Shown here one piece after another: positions 63,301 through 64,000 of a stretch of 64,000 bases of DNA. Where the stretch lies: contig CP158635.1 of the NCBI GenBank assembly GCA_050273025.1, positions 13,082,001 through 13,146,000 on the forward strand. Direction: 5' to 3'. The notes beneath the pieces were generated by a model, which saw only the letters and a program-made list of their open reading frames with translations, was not told the DNA's origin and did no database searches. The position numbers were made by a program, and so were the translations under genes. How positions within the stretch are numbered: the stretch's first letter is position 1; each line of letters begins with the position of its first letter. The DNA is from Cenococcum geophilum. Its lineage: Eukaryota.

Positions 63301-64000
63301 CAGAATTTGGTCAAAGCGTCGGAATTTATCTGTCGAGTGTTTTACTGAGACATTCCTATTATAACTAGGCTAGTCCCGTTACAGTAATAACAAGCTAAGA
63401 TAATATAGTATTAAGTAGGAGTAACTTATAAAGAAACAGACAAAGGACTAAGTTATATACTAAAGAAATACCATAAGTATAGTAAGAAACTATAGTTACT
63501 AGAAAGTAAGAAGCTATTAAAATATATAGTATAGAACTATAAGATAGAATTAAAACTAGAAATAAGTTTAAGGTTCTTTCTAATTTATAAGCTTACTAAA
63601 GAGGAAGGAAGAGCACTAAAAGAGTTTATCTAAGAGAACTTATAAAAGGGATATATTAAACCATTATAGTTATTAGCAGGTTATCCAGTACTATTCGTAC
63701 TAAAGAAAAACGGGAAACTTAGGCTATGTATTAACTATAGATAGTTAAACAGCATTACTAGAAAGGATAGGTATCCTTTACCCTTAATTAGCGAAATCTA
63801 AGATAGGATTAGCAATATATAAATCTTTACAAAGATAGATCTAAGATAGGCGTACTATTAGATTAGAATTAAGGAAGGCAATAAATAGAAGGCAGCTTTT
63901 AGGTTAAAGAAAGAACTATATAAACTATTAGTAATATAGTTTAGGCTTATAAACGTACTAGCAACGTTTTAAAAACGTATTAATAATATATTAAGAGAGC

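Larger units (their letters stand above)
46788..63383 (-). mobile_element. Gypsy-B, full-length chromovirus (~6.0 kb net) with nested insertions
   Basis: 315-bp LTRs at 46788-47102 and 63069-63383. TSD GTAAC/GTAAT (RIP forms of GCGAC, seen unsplit at ~54700). PPT ~47106. gag ATG 63038, RT TAYIDD ~60530, integrase split at 48375/58788. Confidence 0.95.
1..64000. other. RIP-mutated AT-rich nested-transposon block (fungal heterochromatin-like)
   Basis: TpA excess and CpA/TpG depletion throughout. Paired LTR copies differ almost only by C>T and G>A changes (e.g. 7946-8167 vs 13836-14057). The TE reading frames are broken by TAA/TAG. Confidence 0.95.
42854..64000 (+). mobile_element. Gypsy-A copy 3 (continues past the window end), interrupted by Gypsy-B
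   Basis: 5' LTR 42854-43273. gag ATG 43312. Protease ~46465. Resumes at 63384 into RT (KDRYPLPLI ~63765). Confidence 0.93.

Noticed and set aside
1..64000. Scattered TTAGGG/CCCTAA as telomeric repeats
   Set aside because: They are never tandem and are expected products of RIP.

Overview
There is no intact host gene in this window. It is an AT-rich block of nested transposon relics from a filamentous ascomycete, heavily mutated by RIP: CpA/TpG are strongly depleted, TpA is in excess, and TAA/TAG sit at Gln/Trp/Arg positions. Termini and target-site duplications (TSDs) resolve most of it. Retroelements: four self-priming Ty3/Gypsy chromovirus families (called A-D here; A in four copies, B in two), a deleted Copia, three solo LTRs, a full-length Tad-like LINE, an ORF1-only LINE derivative and an 850-bp LINE-tailed insert. 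DNA elements: a Crypton (tyrosine recombinase + GCR1_C) inside a non-autonomous hAT-type shell, a hAT with transposase, two pogo/Fot1 elements and two MITEs. Nesting reaches six levels. Main observations: (1) Gypsy-A carries an antisense, intron-containing gene for a Zn2Cys6-type cluster plus coiled coil next to its 3' LTR, three C-x4-C-x2-H repeats between gag and protease, and a swapped U3 cassette between copies. (2) The ORF1-only LINE has, at its 5' end, a 56-bp copy of the Gypsy-B LTR that begins exactly at the inferred transcript start. (3) Two orphan genes, at least one clearly spliced, lie beside an LTR-like terminus at 1-3635. All protein readings are manual de-RIP reconstructions; no database search was run.
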